In this document: one piece after another, positions 33,781 through 42,917 of the stretch
How the letters are laid out: each line of letters begins with the position of its first letter
Numbering within the stretch: the first letter of the stretch is position 1
Source of the DNA: a virus
Taxonomy: Duplodnaviria > Caudoviricetes
IMG/VR virus record: IMGVR_UViG_3300042402_003952
Reading direction: 5' to 3' (one strand)
Length of the DNA stretch: 64,000 nucleotides
Notes under the pieces: generated by a model
Database searches by the model: none
What the model was told of the DNA's origin: nothing
What the model saw: only the letters and a program-made list of their open reading frames with translations
Position numbers and translations under genes: made by a program

Positions 33781-34017
33781 ATGAAGTTTACAGTTTATTC
33801 AAAAGACGGTTGCCCATATTGCACAAAAGTTCAACAAGTGCTAGAGTTGACGAAACTACAGCATGTAGTTTATAAATTGGACACTGATTTTACAAGAGAA
33901 GAATTCTATGCAGAGTTTGGACAAGGATCTACTTTTCCTCAAGTGATTGTAAATGACCAACATATCGGAGGGTGTACCGATACAGTTCAATATCTAAAGG
34001 AGCAAAATTTAGTTTAA
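33781..34017 (+). CDS. nrdC: glutaredoxin
   Basis: YSKDGCPYC, TFPQV, IGGCTD. Confidence 0.92.
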   Translation: MKFTVYSKDGCPYCTKVQQVLELTKLQHVVYKLDTDFTREEFYAEFGQGSTFPQVIVNDQHIGGCTDTVQYLKEQNLV

Positions 34018-34376
34018 TGAGCAGCACATTTCACGAAGTCTATGGCGATGTAGAAAAAGCTATTGACTATGCTTTTCAAGGACAGTTTGTCTTAAAATTT
34101 TATGATTACTTAAAAATTCGTGGAGCTAAAAAAGTAGAAGTTGAAGAATTTATTGAGAGTAATACAGCTAACGAAATCAGCAATTTAGTAATAGATTTGG
34201 ATGATTATCTTGAGGGTGGATCTGATGAAATTCATAGACAACTTCGTGAAGGGTATGGACATATTCCAAAACCACAAGCAAGAAAGATAAGAAATTATCT
34301 TTCTAATATACTTGAAGATGCTTGGAAGTATAAACATGACAAGAGGCCAGGAAGACGAAAAAAGGAAACTAAATAA
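34017..34376 (+). CDS. conserved cyanophage hypothetical protein
   Basis: TAATG-coupled; REGYGHIPKPQARKIRNYL. Confidence 0.7.
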   Translation: MSSTFHEVYGDVEKAIDYAFQGQFVLKFYDYLKIRGAKKVEVEEFIESNTANEISNLVIDLDDYLEGGSDEIHRQLREGYGHIPKPQARKIRNYLSNILEDAWKYKHDKRPGRRKKETK

Positions 34377-34560
34377 ATCAGAACCTCAAATTAATCGAGG
34401 TGTTGAGTTACTACTTAGGAATAGGAGGAGAAGATCAGAAAAACCAAAAACTTTTCAAGTGAAGTTTGGTAAGATGATCTCTCTTTTCCGTAGAGAGTTT
34501 CATTTCTTTATAGAATTTCACTTTGATGTCAGAAGAAAATAAACTCTCTGGAGAAAACAA

Positions 34561-34791
34561 ATGGAAACAGCATATGTAATTACATTCTCTGTAATGTTCA
34601 CGTTGCTCTTTTTTATGGTTGGAAGTATAATAGGTTGGTTAACCTATAGGCACTTAGAAGAATCAAAACCTCCGTATTTACATCCAGAGTTTTTTGATGA
34701 AAATGGTCAGGTAATTCCTGACGAAATAGTATCAGTAAGATTTGAAAACGAAAACTATTATGACTATGACGACGAGGAAGAAGACAGCTGA
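34561..34791 (+). CDS. small membrane protein
   Basis: N-terminal TM segment; HPEFFDENG motif; acidic tail. Confidence 0.7.
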   Translation: METAYVITFSVMFTLLFFMVGSIIGWLTYRHLEESKPPYLHPEFFDENGQVIPDEIVSVRFENENYYDYDDEEEDS

Positions 34792-35332
34792 AAAACCAAT
34801 TGAAACTCTTCCGACAAATCCTTTTGTATTTGAAGTTCTAGAACTTGCTTCAAAACAAAAAAGTAATGCAAAAAAAGTAGAAGTTCTAAAGACTTATGAG
34901 CATGACTCACTAAAAACAATTTTTATTTGGAACTTTGATGAAAGTGTAATTTCTCTTCTTCCTGAAGGAGATGTTCCTTATGCAAGCACTGGAGAACAAA
35001 CATCTTATAGTGGAACTCTTAGTGAAAAAATTGAAGATGCTGTTTCTAAAATGAGCGAATTGGATTCAAAATCTCTTGGTTCTATGGATCAGGGAAAATC
35101 ATCAATTAGAAGAGAATATACTATGTTTTTTAATTTTGTAAAAGGTGGCAATAATTCATTGAGTTCTCTTCGTAGAGAAACAATGTTTATTAACATTCTT
35201 CAAGGACTTCATCCTCTTGAAGCAGAAATTGTCTGTTTGGTTAAAGATAAAAAACTTACGAATAAATATAAAATATCTTTTGATATTGTGAAAGAGGCTT
35301 ATCCAGATATTGTTTGGGGGGGACGCTCATGA
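34760..35332 (+). CDS. conserved T4-like hypothetical protein
   Basis: LPEGDVPY, RRETMFINILQGLHPLEAEI. Confidence 0.75.
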   Translation: MTMTTRKKTAEKPIETLPTNPFVFEVLELASKQKSNAKKVEVLKTYEHDSLKTIFIWNFDESVISLLPEGDVPYASTGEQTSYSGTLSEKIEDAVSKMSELDSKSLGSMDQGKSSIRREYTMFFNFVKGGNNSLSSLRRETMFINILQGLHPLEAEIVCLVKDKKLTNKYKISFDIVKEAYPDIVWGGRS

Positions 35333-35667
35333 CAGTAGTTGCAGAGGAAAAAAAGAAAATGGCAGAATATTCAAAAAAAGAAAAAAAAGTTCTGCCCCAT
35401 GAATATGGATGCGAGGTCCTTTTAGAAAAGACTACGATTGACAAAGCAAAAGATACTTCTTATCCTAATGATGCTTATTTGATCTGGTATAATGTTGATG
35501 ATGAAGAACATCTTGATCTTGTAAGAGGATCAAGAGTTCGCATTTTTGATATGTACTATGACAAATTTGGTCCAAAATCAATTCAAAAAATTGATTTTGG
35601 ATACGGAAGAGCAAATCCTAAACTGTGGGGATTGAAACAACCTGAAAAGAAAAAGAAAGGAAGATGA
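35329..35667 (+). CDS. conserved cyanophage hypothetical protein
   Basis: IFDMYYDK, FGYGRANPKLWG. Confidence 0.7.
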   Translation: MTVVAEEKKKMAEYSKKEKKVLPHEYGCEVLLEKTTIDKAKDTSYPNDAYLIWYNVDDEEHLDLVRGSRVRIFDMYYDKFGPKSIQKIDFGYGRANPKLWGLKQPEKKKKGR

Positions 35668-35849
35668 GTGAAGGTTTTAGTGAAGAAAAGATTGAAGTAG
35701 CAATCAATAAAGATGAAGTAAAAAAACTTCTAAAAAAATATAAAAAAGTTAAAAAGTATATGAAATCTCCTCTATTTGCAGTTAAGACTATGGATGGAAC
35801 TGAGACCTATGTGAGTGAACTATTAAAACAATCTGAGGGGAATGGGTAA
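35664..35849 (+). CDS. hypothetical protein
   Basis: ATGA-coupled 61-aa ORF. Confidence 0.65.
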   Translation: MSEGFSEEKIEVAINKDEVKKLLKKYKKVKKYMKSPLFAVKTMDGTETYVSELLKQSEGNG

Positions 35850-36168
35850 GCATTATCTTTTAAATTTGTATGGATGTTCATTTGTTCTTTTGGACGATGA
35901 ACGTTGTCTTATTGACTTATTAGAAAACGCAGCAGTTGCTAGTGGTGCTACTGTGGTTCAAACTATCTCAAAGAAGTTTGAACCACAGGGATGCACTATT
36001 ATATCTCTACTTTCAGAAAGTCATATCAGTATTCATACATGGCCTGAGGAAGGTAAAGCAGCAGTAGATGTTTATACCTGTGGAGATTGCAATCCAAAGA
36101 TTGGTTGTGATATAATAATAGCACAATTATATCCACAAAGATATAAGTTAGAATTTATAGAAAGATAA
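35842..36168 (+). CDS. speD: S-adenosylmethionine decarboxylase proenzyme
   Basis: FEPQGCT...LLSESHISIHTWPE...DVYTCG (E-S self-cleavage motif). Confidence 0.95.
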   Translation: MGKHYLLNLYGCSFVLLDDERCLIDLLENAAVASGATVVQTISKKFEPQGCTIISLLSESHISIHTWPEEGKAAVDVYTCGDCNPKIGCDIIIAQLYPQRYKLEFIER

Positions 36169-36231
36169 GTTTTGTATCTTATTTTACAAAAAAATTTGCA
36201 TATATAGATCGATGGGTCTATAATGACCTTA

Positions 36232-36326
36232 CGTTCATCCCAATGGGACGGAAGTAAGCCGACGCGGAACGGATCGTTCATTCGCTATTCGCAAATAGCG
36301 AACGCAAACGCCGACTGAAGGAACGC
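36232..36326 (+). ncRNA. glutamine riboswitch (glnA/Downstream-peptide class), apparently tandem
   Basis: Two CGTTCA...GAACG units with GGAAGTAAG and CCGAC-N-GAAGGAACG motifs; sigma70 promoter TTGCAT-N17-TATAAT just upstream; upstream of a DUF4278-like peptide. Confidence 0.8.
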
Positions 36327-36358
36327 TCTTTAACTTAAAAAACTAAGGAGAAAACCTA

Positions 36359-36496
36359 ATGTCTAAAGTAGTATATCGCGGTATTGAGTATGATACTCAA
36401 AAGCGCCTGGAGTATCAACAGCAAATGATGCAGCAACCCCAACAATACAACGAAACCTATCGTGGTGTTAAGTTTGTAAAGGAGGGACATAAGTGA
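36359..36496 (+). CDS. DUF4278-like (YRG-motif) Gln-rich peptide
   Basis: AAGGAG RBS; MSKVVYRGIEYDTQKRLEYQQQMMQQPQQYNETYRGVKFVKEGHK with two YRG motifs. Confidence 0.8.
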   Translation: MSKVVYRGIEYDTQKRLEYQQQMMQQPQQYNETYRGVKFVKEGHK

Positions 36497-36597
36497 TGAA
36501 TACTTACTTCGTTCGTTATCTTAAGAGAAAAGCAAAGAAAGAAAAACTTCTTTATATTGCTCAAATTAATATGGCAAAGCAACCACAAGTTGCTTGA
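36496..36597 (+). CDS. 33-aa basic peptide
   Basis: TGATG coupling; MNTYFVRYLKRKAKKEKLLYIAQINMAKQPQVA*; terminator follows. Confidence 0.5.
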   Translation: MNTYFVRYLKRKAKKEKLLYIAQINMAKQPQVA

Positions 36598-36662
36598 TAT
36601 GAGAGGGGACTTGACTCCCCTCTTTTTTTTGACTATAATTACCTTTGTGAGGTTTAATCAAG

Positions 36663-36902
36663 ATGGATAAAGAAAAGCTTAAGTTAATCATCAGAAACCT
36701 TGAATCTCTTGTTGAATGTCTTAAATCAGAAGTATATTCTGATGTAGATGCATATAAACCAGAGATTCAGTATGAAGAAATAGCACCTTACATTGATGAT
36801 TATGATGAGGTGTTCTATGATGAGAGTGATGAACTAGCAGATTTAATGAGAGTGAATCAAAAGTACAAACTTACAAACGATGATGATGGAGATGGACTGT
36901 GA
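36663..36902 (+). CDS. conserved cyanophage hypothetical protein
   Basis: MDKEKLKLIIRNLESLVECLKSEVYSD; acidic tail. Confidence 0.75.
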   Translation: MDKEKLKLIIRNLESLVECLKSEVYSDVDAYKPEIQYEEIAPYIDDYDEVFYDESDELADLMRVNQKYKLTNDDDGDGL

Positions 36903-37651
36903 AACCTATTAAAGCAAAAGACCTTCTTGAGAGGGATAAAAATCTTGAAGTAGTAATGCTTCAGTGCTATCCACTTCCGGAACAAGTAATTTATCAAGCA
37001 GGAAAATGTGACTATTCAGAAACACCAATTCACAGTCAAAAAATTCCTAAACCAAGTGAATGTGGAGAGTGGGTTGTTGAACGTCTTTTAAGCAACGAGA
37101 AAGGACACTGGGGACCTCTAGAACATCCTTCAATTACTTTTTCGGTATCTGGGTATGTTCACAACGTTGCAATGCAAGCAAGGACTCATAGAGTAGGTGT
37201 TAGTTTTGATGTTCAATCGCAACGATACACTGGAAAAAGAGTCATTAAGGTTGCTAATGGAGAACTAAAACCAGAAGATGTATTTTATGTTCGTCCACCA
37301 GGATTTTATACTAATCGTTATGGTAAAAAGTATGATTGGACAGAAGATGATTATGTAGATGAACTCAACTGGATTGTAGAAGGATGTAAGCGTTATGCAG
37401 TAAAATATGAAAAAGGAATGTGTGAAGAACATATTCGTGACTATCTTGCACAGGCAATTCGTCAAAACTTTGTAGTTTCTTTTAATCTTCGTTCAGTTTT
37501 ACATCTTTTGGATTTGAGAGCAAAAATGGATGCTCAATTAGAAATTCAAGCACTTTGTGAACAAATTGCACCTCAACTTGAAAAGTGGTCTCCACATGTG
37601 TGGAAATATTATGAAGAGAAACGTCTTCATAAAGCAAGACTTTCTCCCTGA
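36899..37651 (+). CDS. thyX: flavin-dependent thymidylate synthase
   Basis: GHWGPLEH, QARTHRVGVSFDVQSQRY (RHR-x7-S-like), NLRSVLH, RAKMDAQLEI. Confidence 0.92.
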   Translation: MKPIKAKDLLERDKNLEVVMLQCYPLPEQVIYQAGKCDYSETPIHSQKIPKPSECGEWVVERLLSNEKGHWGPLEHPSITFSVSGYVHNVAMQARTHRVGVSFDVQSQRYTGKRVIKVANGELKPEDVFYVRPPGFYTNRYGKKYDWTEDDYVDELNWIVEGCKRYAVKYEKGMCEEHIRDYLAQAIRQNFVVSFNLRSVLHLLDLRAKMDAQLEIQALCEQIAPQLEKWSPHVWKYYEEKRLHKARLSP

Positions 37652-37657
37652 GGTTTT

Positions 37658-37816
37658 ATGAAGAGTTGGTGTGTAAAAGACCATCTTACAAGACATGTAT
37701 TTAAAGTCTTATTATCGGAAGAAGATTTTCAAAAGTTTCTTAAAGAAAATCCAGATATGGATGAATGTATTGATTGTGTAGAGTGCGATGATGCACCATC
37801 TATTACCATTGAATAA
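37658..37816 (+). CDS. small hypothetical protein (52 aa)
   Basis: GAGG RBS; CIDCVEC motif. Confidence 0.55.
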   Translation: MKSWCVKDHLTRHVFKVLLSEEDFQKFLKENPDMDECIDCVECDDAPSITIE

Positions 37817-37845
37817 ATACTCTCATATAAAATGGAGGAAACAAT

Positions 37846-38094
37846 TTGGCAACATATCCTGTTTATAATAAAGTAACTGGCGAACAAAAAGAAGTTACGA
37901 TGAGTGTTCATGATTGGGACCAGTGGAAAAAAGATAATTCAGAATGGGATAGAGATTGGAGTGATCCTTCAACGTGTCCTAATTCTGGAGAAGTTGGAGA
38001 AATCTATGATAGACTTAAGAAGTCTCATCCAGGGTGGAATGATGTTCTTCACAAAGCATCAAAAGCACCAGGTTCAAAAGTAAAACCAATCTGA
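37846..38094 (+). CDS. conserved cyanophage hypothetical protein
   Basis: TTG start with GGAGG RBS; ATYPVYNKVTGEQKE...GWNDVLHK. Confidence 0.75.
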   Translation: MATYPVYNKVTGEQKEVTMSVHDWDQWKKDNSEWDRDWSDPSTCPNSGEVGEIYDRLKKSHPGWNDVLHKASKAPGSKVKPI

Positions 38095-38100
38095 TTTTAT

Positions 38101-38853
38101 ATGGCAAGAAAAAGAACGAACGATCAACCAATTGGTGTTGGACTTACTGCTAAACAAATGAAGCGTAAGAAACCAATCAGTGCTGATTTAATGAGAGACA
38201 TTGATCCTCTCACTGATAATCAAAAACTACTTTACACGGCATACGAAGATCATAAAAATATTGTTGCTTATGGTGCTGCTGGTACAGGTAAAACCTTTAT
38301 CACACTCTACAATGCTCTTCAAGATGTTTTAGATGAAAGAAGTCCTTACGAAAAAATCTATATCGTTAGGTCTCTTGTTGCTACTCGTGAAATTGGATTT
38401 CTTCCTGGTGATCACGAAGACAAGTCCTCACTTTATCAAATTCCTTACAAGAATATGGTAAAGTATATGTTCCAAATGCCAGATGATGCATCTTTTGAAA
38501 TGCTCTATGGTAATTTGAAACTACAAGGAACAATTAGTTTTTGGAGCACTTCTTTTATTCGTGGTACAACTCTGGACAATGCAATCATTATCGTTGATGA
38601 ATTCCAGAACCTAAATTTCCACGAACTTGATTCTATCATTACTCGTGTTGGTGAAAATAGTAAGATTATGTTCTGCGGTGATGCTACTCAAAGTGATCTA
38701 ATTAAGACCAATGAGAAGAATGGCATTATTGACTTCATGAAGATTCTACGTGTGATGCCTTCTTTTGATGTAATTGAATTTGGTATTGATGATATTGTTC
38801 GTTCAGGATTAGTTAAAGAGTATATCATTGCGAAGACGGAACTAAATCTATGA
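38101..38853 (+). CDS. phoH: PhoH-family ATPase
   Basis: GAAGTGKT, IGFLPG, FIRGTT, IVDEFQN, GDATQSD, DIVRSGL. Confidence 0.97.
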   Translation: MARKRTNDQPIGVGLTAKQMKRKKPISADLMRDIDPLTDNQKLLYTAYEDHKNIVAYGAAGTGKTFITLYNALQDVLDERSPYEKIYIVRSLVATREIGFLPGDHEDKSSLYQIPYKNMVKYMFQMPDDASFEMLYGNLKLQGTISFWSTSFIRGTTLDNAIIIVDEFQNLNFHELDSIITRVGENSKIMFCGDATQSDLIKTNEKNGIIDFMKILRVMPSFDVIEFGIDDIVRSGLVKEYIIAKTELNL

Positions 38854-39530
38854 CATTCATTCATCATAATTACCTAGGTGATCTTGAATTAGAAAAAAAA
38901 GAAAAAAATGGCATCCGTCTCTATAACCTACCAAGTGGAGCATGGGTGCCATCCATCACATCAGTGACTTCTTTTTATAATCGTGAGATCTTTGTTAAGT
39001 GGAGAAAGAGAGTTGGACTTGAAGAAGCAAATCGTATTACTAAAAAGGCAACAGCAAGAGGTACTGATTTCCACCAAGTTTGTCAGGACTATCTTGAAAA
39101 CAAAGAAATGAACTGGGATGATTATCAACCACTAACAAAGTTCATGTTTCATCATGCTAAACCTTATCTTGACAAGATAAATAATATTCATGCAATTGAA
39201 AGAACACTTTACTCTGAGTATCTTGGACTCGCTGGAAGAGTAGACTGTATTGCAGAGTATGAAGGAGAACTAGCAGTCATTGATTTCAAGACATCAGAAA
39301 AAATTAAACCAGAGGAATGGATTGAAAACTATTTTGTTCAAGAGATGTTTTATGCTGCTGCATATTACGAACTCACTGACATTCCTCCAGTCAAATTGAT
39401 TACACTAATGGTCACTCCTGGAGGTGAGGTCAAAGTATTTGACAAAAGAAACAAATCAGACTATATTAAACTATTAGTTCGTTATATTAAAGAATTTGTA
39501 TCTCACAATACTAGGCCAGATGGAGAATGA
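38850..39530 (+). CDS. PD-(D/E)XK exonuclease (cyanophage ExoA-type)
   Basis: PSITSV, ATARGTDFH, AGRVDCI, IDFKTS. Confidence 0.85.
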   Translation: MTFIHHNYLGDLELEKKEKNGIRLYNLPSGAWVPSITSVTSFYNREIFVKWRKRVGLEEANRITKKATARGTDFHQVCQDYLENKEMNWDDYQPLTKFMFHHAKPYLDKINNIHAIERTLYSEYLGLAGRVDCIAEYEGELAVIDFKTSEKIKPEEWIENYFVQEMFYAAAYYELTDIPPVKLITLMVTPGGEVKVFDKRNKSDYIKLLVRYIKEFVSHNTRPDGE

Positions 39531-39777
39531 ATTAGAGAAAGTACTAGAAAGTAAATTTTTCTGTCCATCACGATTTGCACAAGAAATTGAACATCTTGTG
39601 CAAATAAATGTGGAGATGAATTATATTGACGCGATTATTCATTTCTGCGAACAAAACAATATTGATTTGGAATCAGTTCCTAAATTGATTTCCAAACCAT
39701 TGAAAGAAAAACTTAAGTATGAAGCAATGGAACTTAACTTTTTAAAGAGGAGTTCCAGAGCGAAACTACCCCTTTGA
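39520..39777 (+). CDS. 33: late-promoter transcription coactivator gp33
   Basis: NYIDAIIHFCEQNNIDLESVPKLISKPLKEKLKYEAMELNFL; position upstream of gp59. Confidence 0.85.
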   Translation: MENELEKVLESKFFCPSRFAQEIEHLVQINVEMNYIDAIIHFCEQNNIDLESVPKLISKPLKEKLKYEAMELNFLKRSSRAKLPL

Positions 39778-39837
39778 TAAATGATGCCGTTTGATTAACT
39801 CCTGTATAAATATTATTAGATTTATTTTAGTTTAATA

Positions 39838-40332
39838 ATGTATTACTGCTATGCTTATTTGCGTGAAGATGGAACTCCATATTATATTGGAAAAGGAAGA
39901 GGGCAAAGAGCCTATTTAAAACATCCTCGCGCAAATGGATTAGATTTGCGTCCGAAAGATAAAAATAGAATAGTTATTCTTAAAGAATTTGAAGATGAGA
40001 TTTCTGCTTATCAGTATGAAATGGAAATGATAGAAAAATATGGACGCAAATGTGATGGAACTGGCATATTGAGAAATATGACTATTGGTGGTGAAGGAAA
40101 TAAGTCTATTTTTAAAACTTATGAGCAAAGAAAACAAGCAGAAATTGAAAGAAAACGTAAATGGTATTATGATAATCAGGAACGTTTAAGGCAAAAAGCA
40201 GCAAAAATACTTGATGAAAACCGTGATGAAATTAATCGCAAACGCAGGGAACGACGCAACACAGAACCATATCGTTCAGAATATCTTGCTCGGCAACGTG
40301 AGAGGAGAAATAAGAAAAGTGGTTCCATTTGA
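39838..40332 (+). CDS. GIY-YIG-like homing endonuclease inserted at the 5' end of gene 59
   Basis: YYCYAYLREDGTPYYIGKG, NMTIGGEG; TATAAATA upstream; overlaps the gp59 start. Confidence 0.85.
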   Translation: MYYCYAYLREDGTPYYIGKGRGQRAYLKHPRANGLDLRPKDKNRIVILKEFEDEISAYQYEMEMIEKYGRKCDGTGILRNMTIGGEGNKSIFKTYEQRKQAEIERKRKWYYDNQERLRQKAAKILDENRDEINRKRRERRNTEPYRSEYLARQRERRNKKSGSI

Positions 40333-40915
40333 TTCTTATAAAACTTATCTGTCCTTGAAGAATCATTTCACCAAGGACAGTTATGATTATTTCAAATATT
40401 GTGGAAAGAGCCGCGCAACACTCCAATCTTTCTACAAACGTAAAGACAGGATGTGGTTCGAAAAAGTCTCCAGACAAAAGACAGATCAAGAGGTTATAGA
40501 TTTTTTTGTTTCTAACTTCGTATCTTGTAATGATCCAGAGACTCTTTGGATTGGTGAAATGATCAAAGAAGGAGAAGCAAGATATCAAAACTGGCAAAAG
40601 AAAATTCAATCACTTTCCTATATCTTCAAAGAAGAATCACAAAGTCTCTTTGAAGAAAATAAATTTGAGGATGTCTTTAAGTGTTCTAAAGGACATCCTA
40701 TTCTTCTTAAAAAATTCCTGAATGGTAAAATTAGCTTAGAAACACTAGTCATCTACGATAGAATTTTCCTGTTCGGGAATAAGTTTGATAAGAAACTTCA
40801 AGACCCGGTGTGGCAAACCGTCAGTCGTAGGATTAAAAAATATAATCCTTTTCTAAATATTGATGTATTTCGTTTTCGTAAAATCTTGAAAGAGATTGTT
40901 CTGGAGGATTCATGA
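40319..40915 (+). CDS. 59: helicase loader gp59
   Basis: GTG start with GAGGAG RBS; PFDSYKTYLSLKNHFTKDSYDYFKY..K...FYKRKDR. Confidence 0.9.
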   Translation: MVPFDSYKTYLSLKNHFTKDSYDYFKYCGKSRATLQSFYKRKDRMWFEKVSRQKTDQEVIDFFVSNFVSCNDPETLWIGEMIKEGEARYQNWQKKIQSLSYIFKEESQSLFEENKFEDVFKCSKGHPILLKKFLNGKISLETLVIYDRIFLFGNKFDKKLQDPVWQTVSRRIKKYNPFLNIDVFRFRKILKEIVLEDS

Positions 40916-41256
40916 GTTTCTTTAATTCTGAGGTTGTCCGTGCAGAGATGACCGAGATTGCAGAATTGCAAGAAGATGTTTATTCAAATGTCTTTAAGTT
41001 TCCTGCGATGTCAAAAGAACAGAAACTTCAACATGTAGAACTTTTGGAAAAACTTCTTGATAAACAAAAAGTTCTTTATACAAGAGTGAGTTTGTCGGAT
41101 GATCCAGAAGCAATTGAAATGAAAGAACGAATTATGCAATCTGCTATTATGATGGGAATGCCTCCTGGCACTGACATGAATATCATTCTCAATAACATGT
41201 CTCAGATGCTTGAGGTGATGAAGCAGCAGATTGACAAAACAGGTTCAGACCTGTAG
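40912..41256 (+). CDS. conserved cyanophage hypothetical protein (DUF1825-like)
   Basis: MSFFNSEVVRAEM...QKVLYTRVSLSDDPEA. Confidence 0.75.
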   Translation: MSFFNSEVVRAEMTEIAELQEDVYSNVFKFPAMSKEQKLQHVELLEKLLDKQKVLYTRVSLSDDPEAIEMKERIMQSAIMMGMPPGTDMNIILNNMSQMLEVMKQQIDKTGSDL

Positions 41257-41305
41257 AATAACGAGGTACACAAAAGCCAAATCCTAATTAATCCGAGGTA
41301 ATCTA

Positions 41306-42247
41306 ATGTCTTTTTCAGATCTTAAAAAGCAATCTAAACTTGGTTCTCTCACTTCCAAACTTGTAAAGGAAGTTGAGAAGATGAGCAACACTTCTGGTGG
41401 CGCTGATGAGCGTCTCTGGAAACCTGAGATGGATAAAACTGGAAACGGTTTTGCTGTTATTCGTTTCTTGCCCGCTCCCGAAGGAGAAGATGTTCCTTGG
41501 GCAAAGATGTATTCTCACGGTTTTCAAGGTCCTGGTGGTTGGTATATTGAAAACTCTCTGACCACTATGGGTCAGAAAGATCCTGTATCCGAACACAATC
41601 GCAAACTGTGGAACAGTGGTAGCGATAAGGATAAAGAAACTGTTCGCAAGCAAAAGCGTAAACTGTCTTATTACAGCAATATCTACGTTGTAAAAGATCC
41701 TACAAATCCACAAAACGAAGGTAAAGTCTTCCTCTTCAAATATGGTAAGAAGATCTTTGATAAGATCATGGAAGCAATGCAACCTGAGTTTGAAGATGAA
41801 ACTCCTATTAATCCTTTTGACTTCTGGCAGGGTGCTAATTTCAAACTCAAAATCGTAAAGAAAGATGGGTATTGGAACTACGACAAGTCAGAATTTGGTT
41901 CTGTTGAACCACTACTGGATGATGACGATGCTCTGGAAGCCATCTGGAAGAAAGAGTATTCTCTGGCAGCAGTAATTGCTCCTGATCAATTCAAGTCCTA
42001 TGAAGAACTTGATGCACGTCTGAATGCTGTTCTTGGTCTTCAGACTCCTACTCGCTCTCGTGCTGTAGTTGAACAGGAAGACGATTTGGAGGAGTATACA
42101 CAAACTCCTACCGCTCAGGATCGTGTGGTAGAAGAACTGGAGCAATCTTATGCTCGCTCTAAGTCTCCTTCACTGCCTACTATCAATTCTTCTGATGAAG
42201 ATGAAGACGATGCGCTTTCGTATTTTCAACGCTTGGCAGAAGATTGA
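41306..42247 (+). CDS. 32: single-stranded DNA-binding protein gp32
   Basis: DERLWKP..DKTGNGFAVIRFLPAP, WYIENSLTT, GANFKLKI, NYDKSEF; acidic C-terminus. Confidence 0.97.
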   Translation: MSFSDLKKQSKLGSLTSKLVKEVEKMSNTSGGADERLWKPEMDKTGNGFAVIRFLPAPEGEDVPWAKMYSHGFQGPGGWYIENSLTTMGQKDPVSEHNRKLWNSGSDKDKETVRKQKRKLSYYSNIYVVKDPTNPQNEGKVFLFKYGKKIFDKIMEAMQPEFEDETPINPFDFWQGANFKLKIVKKDGYWNYDKSEFGSVEPLLDDDDALEAIWKKEYSLAAVIAPDQFKSYEELDARLNAVLGLQTPTRSRAVVEQEDDLEEYTQTPTAQDRVVEELEQSYARSKSPSLPTINSSDEDEDDALSYFQRLAED

Positions 42248-42916
42248 TTAGGTATATAACCTAATATTATCTCCTTTCTTAAGGTTCTCGGAAACATATT
42301 GCTGAGAACCTTTTTTATATGGCATAATCTCTTCCATATCATTAAACACTACGTTTAGATATGTTGGTTTCAATATAAAAATATTTCTCTTATCATCTTG
42401 TAATTTCTGTTCATACTCAAAGTTAGTAACTGCTCTAGTGAAGTTTCTTTGAGTTACTTGTCTTCCTAAAATATCATCATAATAAGTTGTTGTGAAGTTT
42501 GATGGAACTTGTAGACCAGCAGGAATAATTAAGATTCCATTCGTATTTTTAATTTCATTCGTTTCATAATGATGAACTGCATAGATCTGATCATAGGATC
42601 CATACTTTTCTAAAAGGAAATTATCAAATCCTTGTTGACTTAATGGCCATTCGGTTTGAACATTAAGAATGTTATTTGAGAGAAGTACAACCCAATCTAG
42701 AGTTTCGTCATCATAAACTTTGTATGCAACATTATCTGGTCTCTCGTTTCCAATGATTTTATATTTTGTGAAGAACTGTAGATTTCCAAAAATATCTTCA
42801 CGTAGTTTTCCGCGCTTGAATAAATTCTTTACGGTAATATAATCAGATATACTTTGTGAATTTGGTAATCTGCTGACGTACTGAAAATCTGGAACTTGAC
42901 GGAAGTAACTTGCCAT
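42248..42916 (-). CDS. 53: baseplate wedge gp53
   Basis: YFRQVPDFQY, ERPDNVAYKVY...WVVLLSNNI...WPL. Confidence 0.9.
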   Translation of the reverse strand: MASYFRQVPDFQYVSRLPNSQSISDYITVKNLFKRGKLREDIFGNLQFFTKYKIIGNERPDNVAYKVYDDETLDWVVLLSNNILNVQTEWPLSQQGFDNFLLEKYGSYDQIYAVHHYETNEIKNTNGILIIPAGLQVPSNFTTTYYDDILGRQVTQRNFTRAVTNFEYEQKLQDDKRNIFILKPTYLNVVFNDMEEIMPYKKGSQQYVSENLKKGDNIRLYT

Positions 42917-42917
42917 A

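Noticed and set aside
40211-40318. Long N-terminal extension of gp59 from the ORF track
   Set aside because: It overlaps the endonuclease in another frame; gp59 similarity starts at GTG 40319, which has an RBS.
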